A DNA stretch of 64,000 nt. It comes from Bryobacterales bacterium. Its GTDB lineage: Bacteria > Acidobacteriota > Terriglobia > Bryobacterales > UBA6623. The translations under genes were made by a program, and so were the position numbers. The notes under the pieces were generated by a model. The model did not search any database. It was not told the origin of the DNA and saw only the letters and a program-made list of their open reading frames with translations. Shown in pieces: positions 1 to 10,854 of this stretch. The stretch spans positions 2,560,001-2,624,000 of the forward strand of contig OY729428.2 in the NCBI GenBank assembly GCA_963422375.2, written 5' to 3'. Numbering within the stretch: the stretch's first letter is position 1; every line of letters starts with the position of its first letter.

Positions 1-307
1 GGGAGCGGGTGCCGCGGGGCTGAGGCCGGGCTGGCAGCCCGCCGCGGGGACAGGGGCGCGGGGGAGCTGCGCCCGGACAGGCGCGGATTCGACCCTCCGG
101 GCCTTGCTGCGGTCGCTCCGCTCCCTGCGCAAGGCCCGGAGGGTCCCCGTTCCGGAAACGGGGCACGCATTCCCGCCTGCCCGGGACGCGGCCCCCCGCT
201 GCGGCCCGGCAGCGGCTTGTCCGGCGCCGCTGGATCTGCTACTATGGTCCTAGTATCCTAGCCCACCGTCCCTTACCCGCGTGTCGCACTTCGGAGTTGA
301 ATGGGCG
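1..307 (+). mobile_element. Right end of an IS30-family element (partial, runs off window start)
   Basis: Near-identical to about 52617-52924. Ends in the same 26-bp terminal IR TGTCGCACTTCGGAGTTGAATGGGCG (282-307). Confidence 0.9.
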
Positions 308-727
308 ACTTGAATCATTCTGTCACAGTATCCCTCACAAAATGCCGAGCCTCCAATTTCACTAAGCTCGCCTTTCTTAGCAATAAAGAACGGAAATATG
401 AGCTCTATCTTTGGCTAATAAGACGGACCAAGACGATATTTGATAGCACTAGAACACAGATTGGGTACCCCAGTAAGGAGTGCTTCCAAACTTTGAACCG
501 CACCGCTTCATAGATTCCTTCTAAGTGTCGCTGAGCGCTGGCGTCGTCCAATACATCCAAAGCACTGTGCCACTCTAGTCTGTGCTCTTCGATGATTGGC
601 TGAGTCCAATTGTGGCGACTTAAATAGAAACTGAAGCAGAAGAAAATGACCGTTATCTTATGTGCAAATCTAAGCAATATACTGATTCGTTATCTCAAAA
701 TGACGTAGGCAAGATAGTCAAATGAAA

Positions 728-2248
728 GGGAATTATATATCTGAGTGCCGCGGGAATCAAGTCGGCAAATTATCAAGCCATTATAAGATTTCATATTTCT
801 TCCGACTTTCCGTTGACATTCTGTGGTGCTTCTTGGTAGAATAGTTCCAGTAGGGGATACCGTAAATGAAGAAATCATGTCCCGGAAAGTGGTTCCGTAA
901 AGGCATCACATTGATCGAAGTGATCGCCATGTTCCCCGATGACGAATCCGCGGAAAAGTGGTTCGCCTCCATGCGCTGGCCGGACGGTCCCGCGTGCCCC
1001 CGCTGCCGCGGCTCCAGCGTGCAGTCCGACGCGGCCCACCCTTCGATGCCGTACCGTTGCCGCGGCTGCGGCAAGCGCTTTTCCGTGCGCGCCGGCAGCG
1101 TGATGGCCGACACCAAGCTCGGCTACCGCACCCGGGCCGTCGCCCTGTTCCTGCTGACTACCGGCATCAAGGGCGTCTCGAGCATGAAGCTGCACCGCGA
1201 CCCGGGCATCAGCCGGAAGTCGGCCTGGCACCTGGCGCACCGCATCCGCGCGTGCCGGGAGCGGGATCGGGGCCTGTTCGCCGGCCCGGTGGAGGTGGAC
1301 GAGACCTACGTCGGCGGCAAGGAACGCAACCAGCACGAGAGGAAGAAGGCCCGTGCCGGGCGCGGGCCCGTCGGCAAGACGCCCGTGGCGGGGGCGCGCG
1401 ACCGCGCCACGAACGCAGTGGCCGCGCGGCCGCTGGCGGGCACCGCCAAGGGCGACCTGCAGGGCTTCGTGCGCGCCCGCGTCGCGCCGGGGGCGCAGCT
1501 CTACTCCGACGAGGCGGCGGCCTACGCCGGCATGGAGGAGTTCCCGCACGAAGCCGTCAGGCACTCCGGCTGCGAGTACGTGCGCGGGGCGGCGCATACG
1601 AACGGCATCGAATCGTTTTGGTCCCTGTTCAAGCGCGGCCTGTACGGAACCTATCACCGGATGAGCGTCCGTCATCTCGGCCGCTACCTCACGGAGTTCG
1701 CGGGACGGCGCAACGACCGCGACTGCGACACGGCGGAACAACGGCGGAACGGATGCGGCGCATGGCGCGGGGCTTGGTCGGCCGGACGCTGACCTGCCGG
1801 CAGCTGACCGGCAAGGCCGCGGTCGCGGCCTGAGCGGCGCCCGCCGCGCTGAGCGCGGCAGCCCGCTGCGGGCGCGCGCTTCACGCTCGGTACGAGGGGC
1901 GCGCCGGATCCGGCATGCCCCGGCGCGACCCCGGTCCGGTCCGGACCGTCCATGCAGGCCGTCGAGCACCGGGGATCCGCTGTCTTCGGCCCTCGCAGGG
2001 CCTGCAAGCGGCTTGCAAGGCGTGCCCTGCCACCGCCAACCGGGTTTCACCGGGGCAACCGGGGCATGCGAGGCGGCCTCTCTAGTCCCTTCCTCGTCCA
2101 ATCCGCTGGCAGGCTCGATTCAGATACGATCCCACCCCTCCGTGCCTGCCGCGACCGCACTCGAATGACCCGAGCTCGACACCGACCTCCCTGCTCACAG
2201 CAGTTCTAGTCGGACCTGGCGTTGTCGGCACTCAGATATATAATTCCC
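728..2248 (+). mobile_element. IS1595-family element, type A, copy 1
   Basis: Terminal IRs GGGAATTATATATCTGAGTGCCG (728-750) and CGGCACTCAGATATATAATTCCC (2226-2248). No matching flanking direct repeat seen. Confidence 0.92.
866..1833 (+). pseudogene. IS1595-family DDE transposase, frameshifted near C-terminus
   Basis: Zn ribbon CPRC..CRGC, VEVDETYVGG, SDE, HTNGIESFW, HLGRYLTEF. An 11-nt duplication near 1730-1750 shifts the frame; the true C-terminus (ERMRRMARGLVGRTLT) ends at 1833. Confidence 0.88.
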
Positions 2249-2589
2249 ATTCGTTTCGAAGGACGCTCCCGACGAAGCCCATGCAAGGAATGATCCACGA
2301 ATGGGGTATCGCTACATGGCTCACGCCGCGGGTCCGTTCGCCGAATCCCTGCCTCGCCGCAGCCTCTCCAGCAATCTAGGGCAACAGGACCGCCGAGCGG
2401 CCGCTGGATGATAACACCGGACTGGTGACTTGGGACAGTATCTCCACGCAACCCACGAAACACTCCTGCCCAAGACGATCTTCGGCGAATGCCGGGCGCA
2501 GTCGAGCCTCCCCGGCCAGCAATCCCTGCAGTCCGCTCGCCGTGACCCGCTTCGGCATCCGACTACCGGGCTGGCCGTAGCTCTCGCCG

Positions 2590-3420
2590 TCATACCTCGA
2601 ATTCGCCTCTCCCGACGATTCGGGCGGGGCCAGTCAAGCGGATTCCGTCCGCCCAGTCGACGGACAGGCAGCCGCCTTCGGCATAGATATCGACAGGGTC
2701 TCCGACCCAGCCGTGGTGACGCGCAGCCATCGCGGCACCGAGGCAGCCGGTACCTGAACTCAGGGTCGCTCCCGCGCCGCGCTCCCAGAATCGAACATGG
2801 AGGTCCACGCGCCTCCCTGCAGCCGCATCGACCTTGACGAACGACACGTTCGACCCGTCCGGGAAGTGAGGATGGCACTCCAAGGCGGCGCCCAGCGACC
2901 GCCAGTCGAAATCAAACGTCTCGACGCGGTGGACACACTGGGGGTTCCCGACATCGACCGCTGTTACGGCAAGCCTGCGGCCTTGGACCTCCAGCAGCAG
3001 TGACTCGTCCACGACGCGGCAGGCGCGTGGGTCGGTTGCCATCCGGAATTCGAATTCCGGGGATTCCGCCCTAATGCGATCAAGCTGCCGCGGGCCCGCT
3101 CCAGTATCGATCATGAACCGGTCGGGCACTCCTCCACGGTCCGCCAGGTACGCCGCAACGCATCGCGTGCCGTTGCCCGAGATCTCCGCCTTGCTTCCAT
3201 CGCTGTTCCACAGCTGCGCCCGGGCGAGAGCAACCGGTGTCTCGAGCGCGCCCACGACCTCCATGCCGTCAGCGCCCATGCCGAAGCGCCGGCTGCAAAT
3301 CTGCCTTGCGAGCTCTGGAATGCGTTCCCCGACGATTCCTAGCCGATCAAGGTCGTCGCGCTCCACCACCAGAAAGTCGTTCCCCGCACCGTGAGCCTTG
3401 GTGAATGCAAGTGAAGGCAT
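2590..3420 (-). CDS. dapF: Diaminopimelate epimerase
   Basis: FTKAHGAGNDF, GADG, NSDGSKAEISGNGTRC, VDVGNPQCV, WERGAGATLSSGTG. Start taken at ATG 3420 rather than 3834. Confidence 0.93.
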   Translation of the reverse strand: MPSLAFTKAHGAGNDFLVVERDDLDRLGIVGERIPELARQICSRRFGMGADGMEVVGALETPVALARAQLWNSDGSKAEISGNGTRCVAAYLADRGGVPDRFMIDTGAGPRQLDRIRAESPEFEFRMATDPRACRVVDESLLLEVQGRRLAVTAVDVGNPQCVHRVETFDFDWRSLGAALECHPHFPDGSNVSFVKVDAAAGRRVDLHVRFWERGAGATLSSGTGCLGAAMAARHHGWVGDPVDIYAEGGCLSVDWADGIRLTGPARIVGRGEFEV

Positions 3421-3618
3421 GCCCCTAGTTTGGACCCACGCGGGCGGCGCCCGTTCGGACTTGCGAGGCGCTCGGCCATCCAGACGCCAACCGTTCAGCC
3501 ACCGGAGTCTCCGGCCGCAGGCATGACGGCAGCACCGACACCGACAGCCTCGCGACTCGTGGGGATGGGGTCGCGGGCAGCCCGCCGAAACTGACTGATA
3601 CGCTGATTTGAGGGGTCC

Positions 3619-5631
3619 ATGTCCAATCCTCTGACCGAGATCCAGTTCGACGTCCCGTTCGAGTCCATCCGGGCGGAGCACGTCAGGCCAGCTATCGACC
3701 AGCTGCTGGCAGGAGCCCGGAAGGCGCTCGACGCTCTGGTCGCCTGCGACGACCCTCCGACCTACGAGAACACCCTTGCAGCGCTCGAAGACGTCGGGGA
3801 GACGCTGGGATACGCCATCGGCGTCGTCGGGCACCTCGAGAGCGTCGCGACCTATCCGGACTTGCGAGCAGCCTACAACGACGTCCAGCCGCAGGTCAGC
3901 GAATTCTTCTCAGGGATCCCGCTGCACGAGGGCGTGTGGCGGCGGCTCCGGGCCCTAGCCGATTCACCCGAATCCGAGGTACTCAGTCCCATACGCAAGC
4001 GCTTCCTCAAGAAGACCTTGGACGACTTCCGCCGGAGCGGGGCAGCACTTGAGCCTGGCGCCAAGAAGAGGCTCTTGAAGATCAACGTCGAGCTAGCCAA
4101 GCTCACTACGAAGTTCGGCGAGAACGTTCTCGACGCCACCAACGCCTTCGAACTCATCATCGAGAACGAGGAGGGCCTAGCCGGCCTGCCAGCGACCGCG
4201 AGAGCGGCGGCCCGGGAGAGCGCCGCCAGCAAGAACAAGAAGGGCTGGCGATTCACCCTCCAAGCCCCGAGCTACATCGCGGTGATGACCTATCTCGACG
4301 ACGCTGCCATCCGGGAGCGGATGTACCGCGCCTATTCGGTACGAGCCGCGGACGGCGAATTCGACAACACCGGGAACATCCAGAAGATTCTGGACCTGCG
4401 GCGCGAGAAGGCCCGCCTCCTCGGTTACGGTGACTTCGCCGACCTGGTGCTCGAGAACCGCATGGCCAAGTCCGGCGCACGCGCTTGGGATTTCGTGAAC
4501 GATCTCCGTCGACGCACCCGAGCGGCTTTCGATCACGAGAACGGCGAGCTCCATGTGTTCGCCAACGGAACCGTCAGGCCTTGGGACTTGGCCTACCAAG
4601 CCGAGAAGCTCCGCAGGAGACTGTATGACTTCGACGAGGAGGATCTGAGGCCGTACTTTCCCTACGAGAGCGTGCTCAGCGGCATGTTCGGGGTCGCCCG
4701 GCAGCTCTTCGGCATCGAGATCCGGCAGCGGGACGGCGTGCAGGTATGGGACAAGGGAGTGGACGCGTACGAAGTCAGGGATTCGGACGGCAGTCACCTC
4801 GGCTCCTTCTACGCAGATTACTTCCCGCGCGAGAACAAACGCGGCGGGGCTTGGATGGACTCGCTGATCACAGGAGAGCCCATCGAAAATGGCTTCTCCC
4901 CGCATCTCGGCTTCAATTGCGGCAACCTGACCCCGCCCACGTCCGGCAATCCGGCCCTGCTGACTCACAGGGAGGTCGAGACGGTATTCCACGAATTCGG
5001 CCACCTGCTGCACCACCTGCTGAGCAAGGTCGAGGTCAAGAGCCTCGCCGGCACGAACGTGGCATGGGACTGGGTCGAGCTTCCCTCGCAGATCATGGAG
5101 AACTGGTGCTGGGAGCGCGAAGCGCTCGACCGCTTCGCCCGGCATTACGAGACAGGCGACCCGATTCCGGGCGAGCTGTTCGAGAAGATGCAGTGCGCTC
5201 GGAACTTCCGCGGCGCGAACGCGCAAATGCGGCAGATCAGCTTCGGCACGCTCGATCTCGCCCTTCACACGAGATTCGACCCCGCGGCCGACGGCGACGT
5301 CGTGAGCTACACGCGCGCAATCCTGCAGGATCACTCTCCCGCCAAGCTTCCCGCCGACCATGCGATGGTCGCCTCGTTCGGGCACCTGTTCTCGAGCCCG
5401 GTTGGATACGGAGCCGGCTACTACTCCTACAAGTGGTCCGAGATGCTCGACGCCGACGCGTTCACGCGCTTCGCGAGGGAAGGAATCTTCAATCCCGCGA
5501 CCGGCAGGTCGTTCCGCCGGAAGATCCTGGAGCGAGGCAACAGCGACGATCCGGAGCGCCTGTTCTATGCCTTCATGGGAAGGGACCCCGACCCGGAGGC
5601 ACTGCTGCGACGACTAGGCCTCGCAGCCTGA
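3619..5631 (+). CDS. prlC: Oligopeptidase A (M3A metallopeptidase)
   Basis: KRGGAWM, FHEFGHLLHH zinc motif, WDWVELPSQIMENW, YGAGYYSYKW; GAGGGG SD upstream. Confidence 0.95.
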   Translation: MSNPLTEIQFDVPFESIRAEHVRPAIDQLLAGARKALDALVACDDPPTYENTLAALEDVGETLGYAIGVVGHLESVATYPDLRAAYNDVQPQVSEFFSGIPLHEGVWRRLRALADSPESEVLSPIRKRFLKKTLDDFRRSGAALEPGAKKRLLKINVELAKLTTKFGENVLDATNAFELIIENEEGLAGLPATARAAARESAASKNKKGWRFTLQAPSYIAVMTYLDDAAIRERMYRAYSVRAADGEFDNTGNIQKILDLRREKARLLGYGDFADLVLENRMAKSGARAWDFVNDLRRRTRAAFDHENGELHVFANGTVRPWDLAYQAEKLRRRLYDFDEEDLRPYFPYESVLSGMFGVARQLFGIEIRQRDGVQVWDKGVDAYEVRDSDGSHLGSFYADYFPRENKRGGAWMDSLITGEPIENGFSPHLGFNCGNLTPPTSGNPALLTHREVETVFHEFGHLLHHLLSKVEVKSLAGTNVAWDWVELPSQIMENWCWEREALDRFARHYETGDPIPGELFEKMQCARNFRGANAQMRQISFGTLDLALHTRFDPAADGDVVSYTRAILQDHSPAKLPADHAMVASFGHLFSSPVGYGAGYYSYKWSEMLDADAFTRFAREGIFNPATGRSFRRKILERGNSDDPERLFYAFMGRDPDPEALLRRLGLAA

Positions 5632-5651
5632 AGCCGCAGCGGGGCTGGAAC

Positions 5652-6260
5652 GTGGAGCCGTCCGAGATCGATGCTCTGACGGCCGTCCCTAGCCGGGGCT
5701 TCTACGCCCGAGCCACCGAACAGGTGGCTCGGGATCTCCTCGGGACGGTGCTGACGCACTCCACCGCGGAGGGACTTCTAGCCGGGCGGATCGTCGAAGT
5801 GGAAGCCTACCTAGGCCGCGGCGACCCGGCCGCCCACAGCAGCGCCGGACGAACGCGTCGCACCGCCGTGATCTTCGGCCCGCCCGGTCACGCGTACGTT
5901 TACAGGATCTACGGCATGCACTGCTGCCTCAACGTCGTCGCCGAGTCGGACGAGAAGCCCGGATGCGTTCTCATCCGCGCCTTGGAGCCGCTTTGTGGAA
6001 TCGCGGCCATGCGGTCCCGTCGCGAGACGGCAAGGGCGCGACGCGACCTGGCCAGGGGGCCGGGGCGGCTGACGAAGGCCATGGCCATAGGCATGGAACT
6101 CTACGGTGCCGACCTGACACACGGGCCGCTGACGATACGGGTGCAGCGGGAACCCGCCCGGATCAAGGTCGCAACGTCGCGCAGAATCGGAATCACCAAG
6201 GCCACAGAGCTGGACCTCCGCTATTGGATCGCGAACAGCGAGTACGTCAGCCGCCCGTAG
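5652..6260 (+). CDS. mpg: DNA-3-methyladenine glycosylase (MPG/AAG family)
   Basis: GRIVEVEAY, PGHAYVYRIYGMHCCLNVV, VLIRALEP, GPGRLTKA, RIGI. GTG start at 5652. Confidence 0.92.
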   Translation: MEPSEIDALTAVPSRGFYARATEQVARDLLGTVLTHSTAEGLLAGRIVEVEAYLGRGDPAAHSSAGRTRRTAVIFGPPGHAYVYRIYGMHCCLNVVAESDEKPGCVLIRALEPLCGIAAMRSRRETARARRDLARGPGRLTKAMAIGMELYGADLTHGPLTIRVQREPARIKVATSRRIGITKATELDLRYWIANSEYVSRP

Positions 6261-6366
6261 GGCAGGACCCGGCGCGTTTGCCGGGCCCGACCAGCAAGCG
6301 CGTCGCGGCCGGCGTGCCGCGACCCCGGCCGCGCGCGAAGCGTCCGGACTCGCAGGAGCCCCCAAG

Positions 6367-8064
6367 TCATCGCTTCCAGCTCTCGGCGAGGTAGAAGCGA
6401 AGCAGGATCGGTTCCATCAGCGTGTTGAGCTGCTCGTTCTCCGTTGCCAGGTCGCTCTTGCCGAATGCCAGGGATGCCTTGAACCGGTCGAGCGTGAGGT
6501 ACTTCAGCCGCGCCCCGTCCAGGGCGAACCCGTCGAGCCCTAGAAGGCGCTCGCTCAGTTCCGCGTCCTGGGCCGCTGGCTTCCATGCCAGGACCCATCC
6601 CCAGTCCCCGAAGCTCGGGACGTTGTCATGATACGGAACCGCATCGTAGCCGGCACTCCGAATGGTCCTGAGGATGCACAGGAACGACTCCTTGGCATGG
6701 TACGGCGATGTCGACTGTACCGCCATCATTCCGCTAGGAGCGAGCAGCCGATTCACCTTGAAGTAGAATTCCCGGCTATAGAGCTTGACCAGATCGACAG
6801 AGTTCGGATCCGGGAAATCGATCAGAATCACGTCGTAGGGTCCGCTCAGGTCCTCGACGATCTTGTCTGCGTCGACTGTCAGCACATTGACAACTGCGGC
6901 TTGATCCGGGCTGTCTTCGGTATCGATTCCGAGACCCTTCGCATGCTCGAACACCGGTCTAAGGGATCGATCAGCCTCGGCCGCTTCCGGAGAAACGGCA
7001 GTTACGCGTGCGTCGCGGAACGCACCCGCGTTCAGTTCGTTCATGACGTGGTCTTCCCGAGCGAACTCGATCATTTCCGGATCAATGTCGACCAACGTGA
7101 CCTCTTCGGTTTCGCGATACTTCAGAATTTCCCGCAAGGCTAGGCCGTCGCCTCCTCCTAGAATCAAGACGCTGCGGCGGTTTCGTGCCAAGGCCATCGC
7201 AGGATGCACCAGCAGTTCATGGTAGATGTGCTCGTCTAAGCTGGAGAACTGCAGGTTGCCGTTGATAAAGAGCCGGTAGTCCGTCGGATCCAGCTTCGCA
7301 GTCATCACTACATGCTGGTACTTCGTGGTAGTAGAGGAGACAATGGGCTCGCTGTAGAACCGCTGTTCAAGCAACCGGCTCCAATCCCTGTTCTCGAAAT
7401 ATCCATAAACGAGCCCGGTTGCCGTCAAGCCGATCATCGCGATCACTGACCGACTCCTTGAAGCAACGCCGCGGAAGGAGAAATACGAATACGTGAGCAG
7501 CGCGACCGCGAAGTTCACTGCCGCTACAAGAAAACTGATCTCCGTCAACGGAAACGCCCTGAGCAAGACATACACCCACACAATAGCACCGACGAATGCA
7601 CCAATATAGTCTGTGCTGAATATCGATGCGATATTCGACTTGAGCTGCGGCAGAAACTGGCGATTGATGCGCAAGACCAAAGGAATCTCCAGTCCGATCA
7701 GGAATCCGATGGAAAGCACGAAGAAATACTGGACAAGAATGAAATGCGCGTCCATCGACGAATATGCCGCGTATACCGCGATTGGAGCGAAGCCGCCAAG
7801 CAGCGCCAGACCGGTTTCGACGAGCAGGAATTTTTCGACAAGCCGGTCGTCGCTGATCCTACGCTGCTGGATGCCCGCGAATCCCATCATGAGCATCATG
7901 AGCGATATCGTGACCGAGAATTGCTCGATGCTGTTCCCGAGGACGAACGTTCCCACAGTGCTGAGGATGCATTCGAAAACAAACCCGCTCGCTCCGGTCA
8001 GGAACATCGAGCTGGCCAGCAGAACCGTGGCGACACGGGGGCGGACTCTGGAATGCGCGGCCAC
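6367..8064 (-). CDS. speE: Membrane-fused polyamine aminopropyltransferase (spermidine synthase-like)
   Basis: About 7 N-terminal hydrophobic helices followed by TKYQHV, NGNLQFSSLDEHIYHELLVHPA, LILGGGDGLALREIL, IDFPDP, VPSFGDWG. Confidence 0.92.
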   Translation of the reverse strand: MAAHSRVRPRVATVLLASSMFLTGASGFVFECILSTVGTFVLGNSIEQFSVTISLMMLMMGFAGIQQRRISDDRLVEKFLLVETGLALLGGFAPIAVYAAYSSMDAHFILVQYFFVLSIGFLIGLEIPLVLRINRQFLPQLKSNIASIFSTDYIGAFVGAIVWVYVLLRAFPLTEISFLVAAVNFAVALLTYSYFSFRGVASRSRSVIAMIGLTATGLVYGYFENRDWSRLLEQRFYSEPIVSSTTTKYQHVVMTAKLDPTDYRLFINGNLQFSSLDEHIYHELLVHPAMALARNRRSVLILGGGDGLALREILKYRETEEVTLVDIDPEMIEFAREDHVMNELNAGAFRDARVTAVSPEAAEADRSLRPVFEHAKGLGIDTEDSPDQAAVVNVLTVDADKIVEDLSGPYDVILIDFPDPNSVDLVKLYSREFYFKVNRLLAPSGMMAVQSTSPYHAKESFLCILRTIRSAGYDAVPYHDNVPSFGDWGWVLAWKPAAQDAELSERLLGLDGFALDGARLKYLTLDRFKASLAFGKSDLATENEQLNTLMEPILLRFYLAESWKR

Positions 8065-8240
8065 GGGCTCTAAAACAGCGGAAGGGGGCAGCCGAGCAGT
8101 CCCACATGGGGCGCATCCGCTGCCGCCGGGCCTCCCGCGACACGTCGCGGCCGGTGCCGATGGCCGCCCGACCGCTGGTTCCGACTGTCCGAGCCCATCG
8201 TATCACCAGCCGAGGCCGCACGGTACCCTATACTGGGCGC

Positions 8241-9818
8241 TTGCTGCCCGCGAAGACCGGGGTATCGCGTCGAGCCGTCCTGCGCTCGGCAGCTTGGGCC
8301 GGCGGGATCGGCGCCGCTGCCGGCGCCGCGTTCCTGTTCCGAAAGCCCCGGCCCATCGAGGGCGCCTATGTCGACAACAGCCACCGGATCGGTCACGCGA
8401 TTCGGGACGGGCGGGCCGGGCGGCCGGGGGCGGAGCGCGCCCGGGTCCCTGTCGTCATAGTCGGAGGCGGCATAGCGGGCCTTTCCGCCGCTTGGCGCAT
8501 GCGGAGACTCGGATTCGAGGATTTCGTCCTCCTCGAAATGGAGTCGGACGCCGGAGGGAATTCCCGCTGGGGCCAGAACGAGATCTCGCCATACCCCTGG
8601 GGCGCGCACTACGTGCCGGTGCCGGACCGACGGATTCCGCTAGTCGAGGAGCTCTTCTCGGAACTTGGCGTGCTGCGCAATGGACGCTGGGATGCCAGCC
8701 ATCTCTGCCGGGAGCCGCTCTGGCGATTGTTCATCGACGGCGAATGGAGGCCCGACATCGAATCGGACAAGTCGACAGCCCAGGCGCATCACGACCAGTT
8801 CGACCGGTTCTGGGACCGGATGGACTACTTCCGCCGCGGCCGGGAGTTCACCATCCCCGTTCGCTCCCCTCCTAGCACGGCAGCCCTCGACGCGACTTCC
8901 ATGAAGAGCTGGATGGTCCGCGAGGGCTTCCACAGCGAGCGGCTGCGCTGGTACGTGGACTACGCCTGCCGCGACGATTACGGCTGCTCCTACGGCGAGG
9001 CTTCCGCCTGGGCCGGCATCCACTACTTCGCCGCGCGGGCGGAGGACGAGGAGGACTTCCTGACCTGGCCGCAGGGGAACGGCTGGATCGTGCAACGACT
9101 GACGAGCGAGCTCTCGCCGTGGCTCCGGCACGGCGCGCCAGCGCATCGAATCAAGGCGGACGGACAGTCCCTGGAAGTCGTCACCCGGGACGTGACCTAC
9201 GTCTGCGAGGCCATCGTATTCGCCGCTCCCTCCTTCCTCGCGCCCTATCTCATGCCGGATCTTGACCGACAGCTGCTGGCACCGGGAGAATTCGCGTACT
9301 CGCCGTGGTACACCGCGAATCTCGTGATCGACTGCCTGCCCGAACAGCGCGGCGCCGGTCCGGCGTGGGAAAACGTCATCTACGGTTCCCGCGGCCTCGG
9401 GTACGTGATTGCAACTCACCAAGAGCTCAGCGCGCCCGACGCCCCCACGGTTTGGACCTACTACCGTGCGTTGGCCGGCCAGAATCCGACCGAGGCGCGC
9501 CGCTCCCTGCTCGCAACGACGTGGAGCGACCGCAAGGAGGAAGTGCTCCGCGACCTCGAGCAGGCCCATCCGGACCTACGAGGCTGCGTGGCCCGCGTGG
9601 ACATCATGCGCCTAGGGCATGCGATGATCCGACCTGTCCCGGGCTTCCTGACCTCTTCCGCGCGAGAGCGCCTGGCGTCAGCGGACGGCCCGGTCCAGTT
9701 CGCCAACTCCGACCTGAGCGGAATTTCGATCTTCGAGGAGGCGCAGTACCGGGGAGTGCGTGCCGCCGACCGGACGCTCAGCCGGCTGGGATACAGGGAC
9801 TTGGAATACGCTGGCTGA
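8241..9818 (+). CDS. FAD-dependent oxidoreductase, flavin amine oxidase-like, with Tat-like N-terminus
   Basis: SRRAVL twin-arginine-like motif, VVIVGGGIAGLSAA dinucleotide fold, GGNS, WGAHY, SDLSGISIFEEA. Start uncertain; TTG 8241 lies 6 nt after TATACT. Confidence 0.85.
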   Translation: MLPAKTGVSRRAVLRSAAWAGGIGAAAGAAFLFRKPRPIEGAYVDNSHRIGHAIRDGRAGRPGAERARVPVVIVGGGIAGLSAAWRMRRLGFEDFVLLEMESDAGGNSRWGQNEISPYPWGAHYVPVPDRRIPLVEELFSELGVLRNGRWDASHLCREPLWRLFIDGEWRPDIESDKSTAQAHHDQFDRFWDRMDYFRRGREFTIPVRSPPSTAALDATSMKSWMVREGFHSERLRWYVDYACRDDYGCSYGEASAWAGIHYFAARAEDEEDFLTWPQGNGWIVQRLTSELSPWLRHGAPAHRIKADGQSLEVVTRDVTYVCEAIVFAAPSFLAPYLMPDLDRQLLAPGEFAYSPWYTANLVIDCLPEQRGAGPAWENVIYGSRGLGYVIATHQELSAPDAPTVWTYYRALAGQNPTEARRSLLATTWSDRKEEVLRDLEQAHPDLRGCVARVDIMRLGHAMIRPVPGFLTSSARERLASADGPVQFANSDLSGISIFEEAQYRGVRAADRTLSRLGYRDLEYAG

Positions 9819-9936
9819 GTTCCCCGCCCTCGGGTCTGCGCGCCTGTCCGCTCGTCCGGAGCGATTCCGGTCCGGGAATCAAGAACGTCGCGGCGCCCGC
9901 ACACCCTGAGTCCGAGCTGCTCGACGGCCGCTCGCT

Positions 9937-10839
9937 CTATATGACCAAGGAGCCGATCATGATCGCGAGCGCGATCTGGGCGCTGACCGTTACCGAGGAC
10001 GCAGCGACGTTTCGGTCCCGCTCCACTTCGATCTTCAAGGTTGTGTGCGGGAGGAAAGCCCGGTCGATGAGCCGTTGGAACGGCACGAGTAGCGCGATCC
10101 CGACCGTGCCACTGACCGCGAAGCCGACAATCCCTTCGACCCAGCCAGTAAAGGGGCCGGACACCGCGAAGGCGAGCACGACTCCCAGCGAGATCAACGT
10201 GCCGCCGAGGATCAGGCCCGCCGCGGTGTTGCCCTGCTTGATCTCCCCGAGGCAGTCGAACGGGGTGGCCCACTCGTAGAGGAACGCGAAGACGATCAAC
10301 GCCACCTGCCCCATCGCGAAGAAGGCTACGGACGTTTCCCATCCGCCGCCTTCGCCGTGGAAGGAGCCATAGGCAACCAGTCCGGTAGCCACCAAGATTC
10401 CGAATTCCGCGAAACCCACCGCGAGATTCCCGGCATGCAGCTCGCGCGCGTTGTGGACGTGACCGAGGATCACGCGCTCGGCGAGGAGCTGGGCCACGAA
10501 GAAGAACACCAGCAGGACGGCACAGTAGACGAGGATCTCCAGTGTGCTCTCGAGCAGCGCCTCCCATCCGTCGGCCCAATGCGCCACGCCGCCGCTGACC
10601 ACGCCGGCCAGCCCGAGACCGAAACCGACACCCAAGCCGCAGCGTCGCAGCGCGATCGCCAGATTACTCTTTTCCTCGATCTGGTGGTCGACGGTCAGTT
10701 CCGGGGAGTCCTCCATGCCGCTGCGGAGCAGCGAGGATCGTATGAAGCGGTCACTGACAACCTTCGCGACCAGCAGCGCGAGGAACACCAGAAGCGTGTC
10801 CGCCACCCCTTGGATCAGCGTTTCGAGAACCTCTATCAC
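9937..10839 (-). CDS. Tandem DUF350-like integral membrane protein
   Basis: Repeated short loop plus helix units (EEKSNLAIAL, HAGNLAVGF, KQGNTAAGL, RDRNVAAS) typical of DUF350; strongly hydrophobic; speE context. Confidence 0.8.
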   Translation of the reverse strand: MIEVLETLIQGVADTLLVFLALLVAKVVSDRFIRSSLLRSGMEDSPELTVDHQIEEKSNLAIALRRCGLGVGFGLGLAGVVSGGVAHWADGWEALLESTLEILVYCAVLLVFFFVAQLLAERVILGHVHNARELHAGNLAVGFAEFGILVATGLVAYGSFHGEGGGWETSVAFFAMGQVALIVFAFLYEWATPFDCLGEIKQGNTAAGLILGGTLISLGVVLAFAVSGPFTGWVEGIVGFAVSGTVGIALLVPFQRLIDRAFLPHTTLKIEVERDRNVAASSVTVSAQIALAIMIGSLVI

Positions 10840-10854
10840 AGCGTGCCTCCCTGG

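Noticed and set aside
308..727. AT-rich ORF fragments between IS30 and IS1595
   Set aside because: Interrupted by stops, truncated by IS on both sides and without a recognisable motif; cannot be called.
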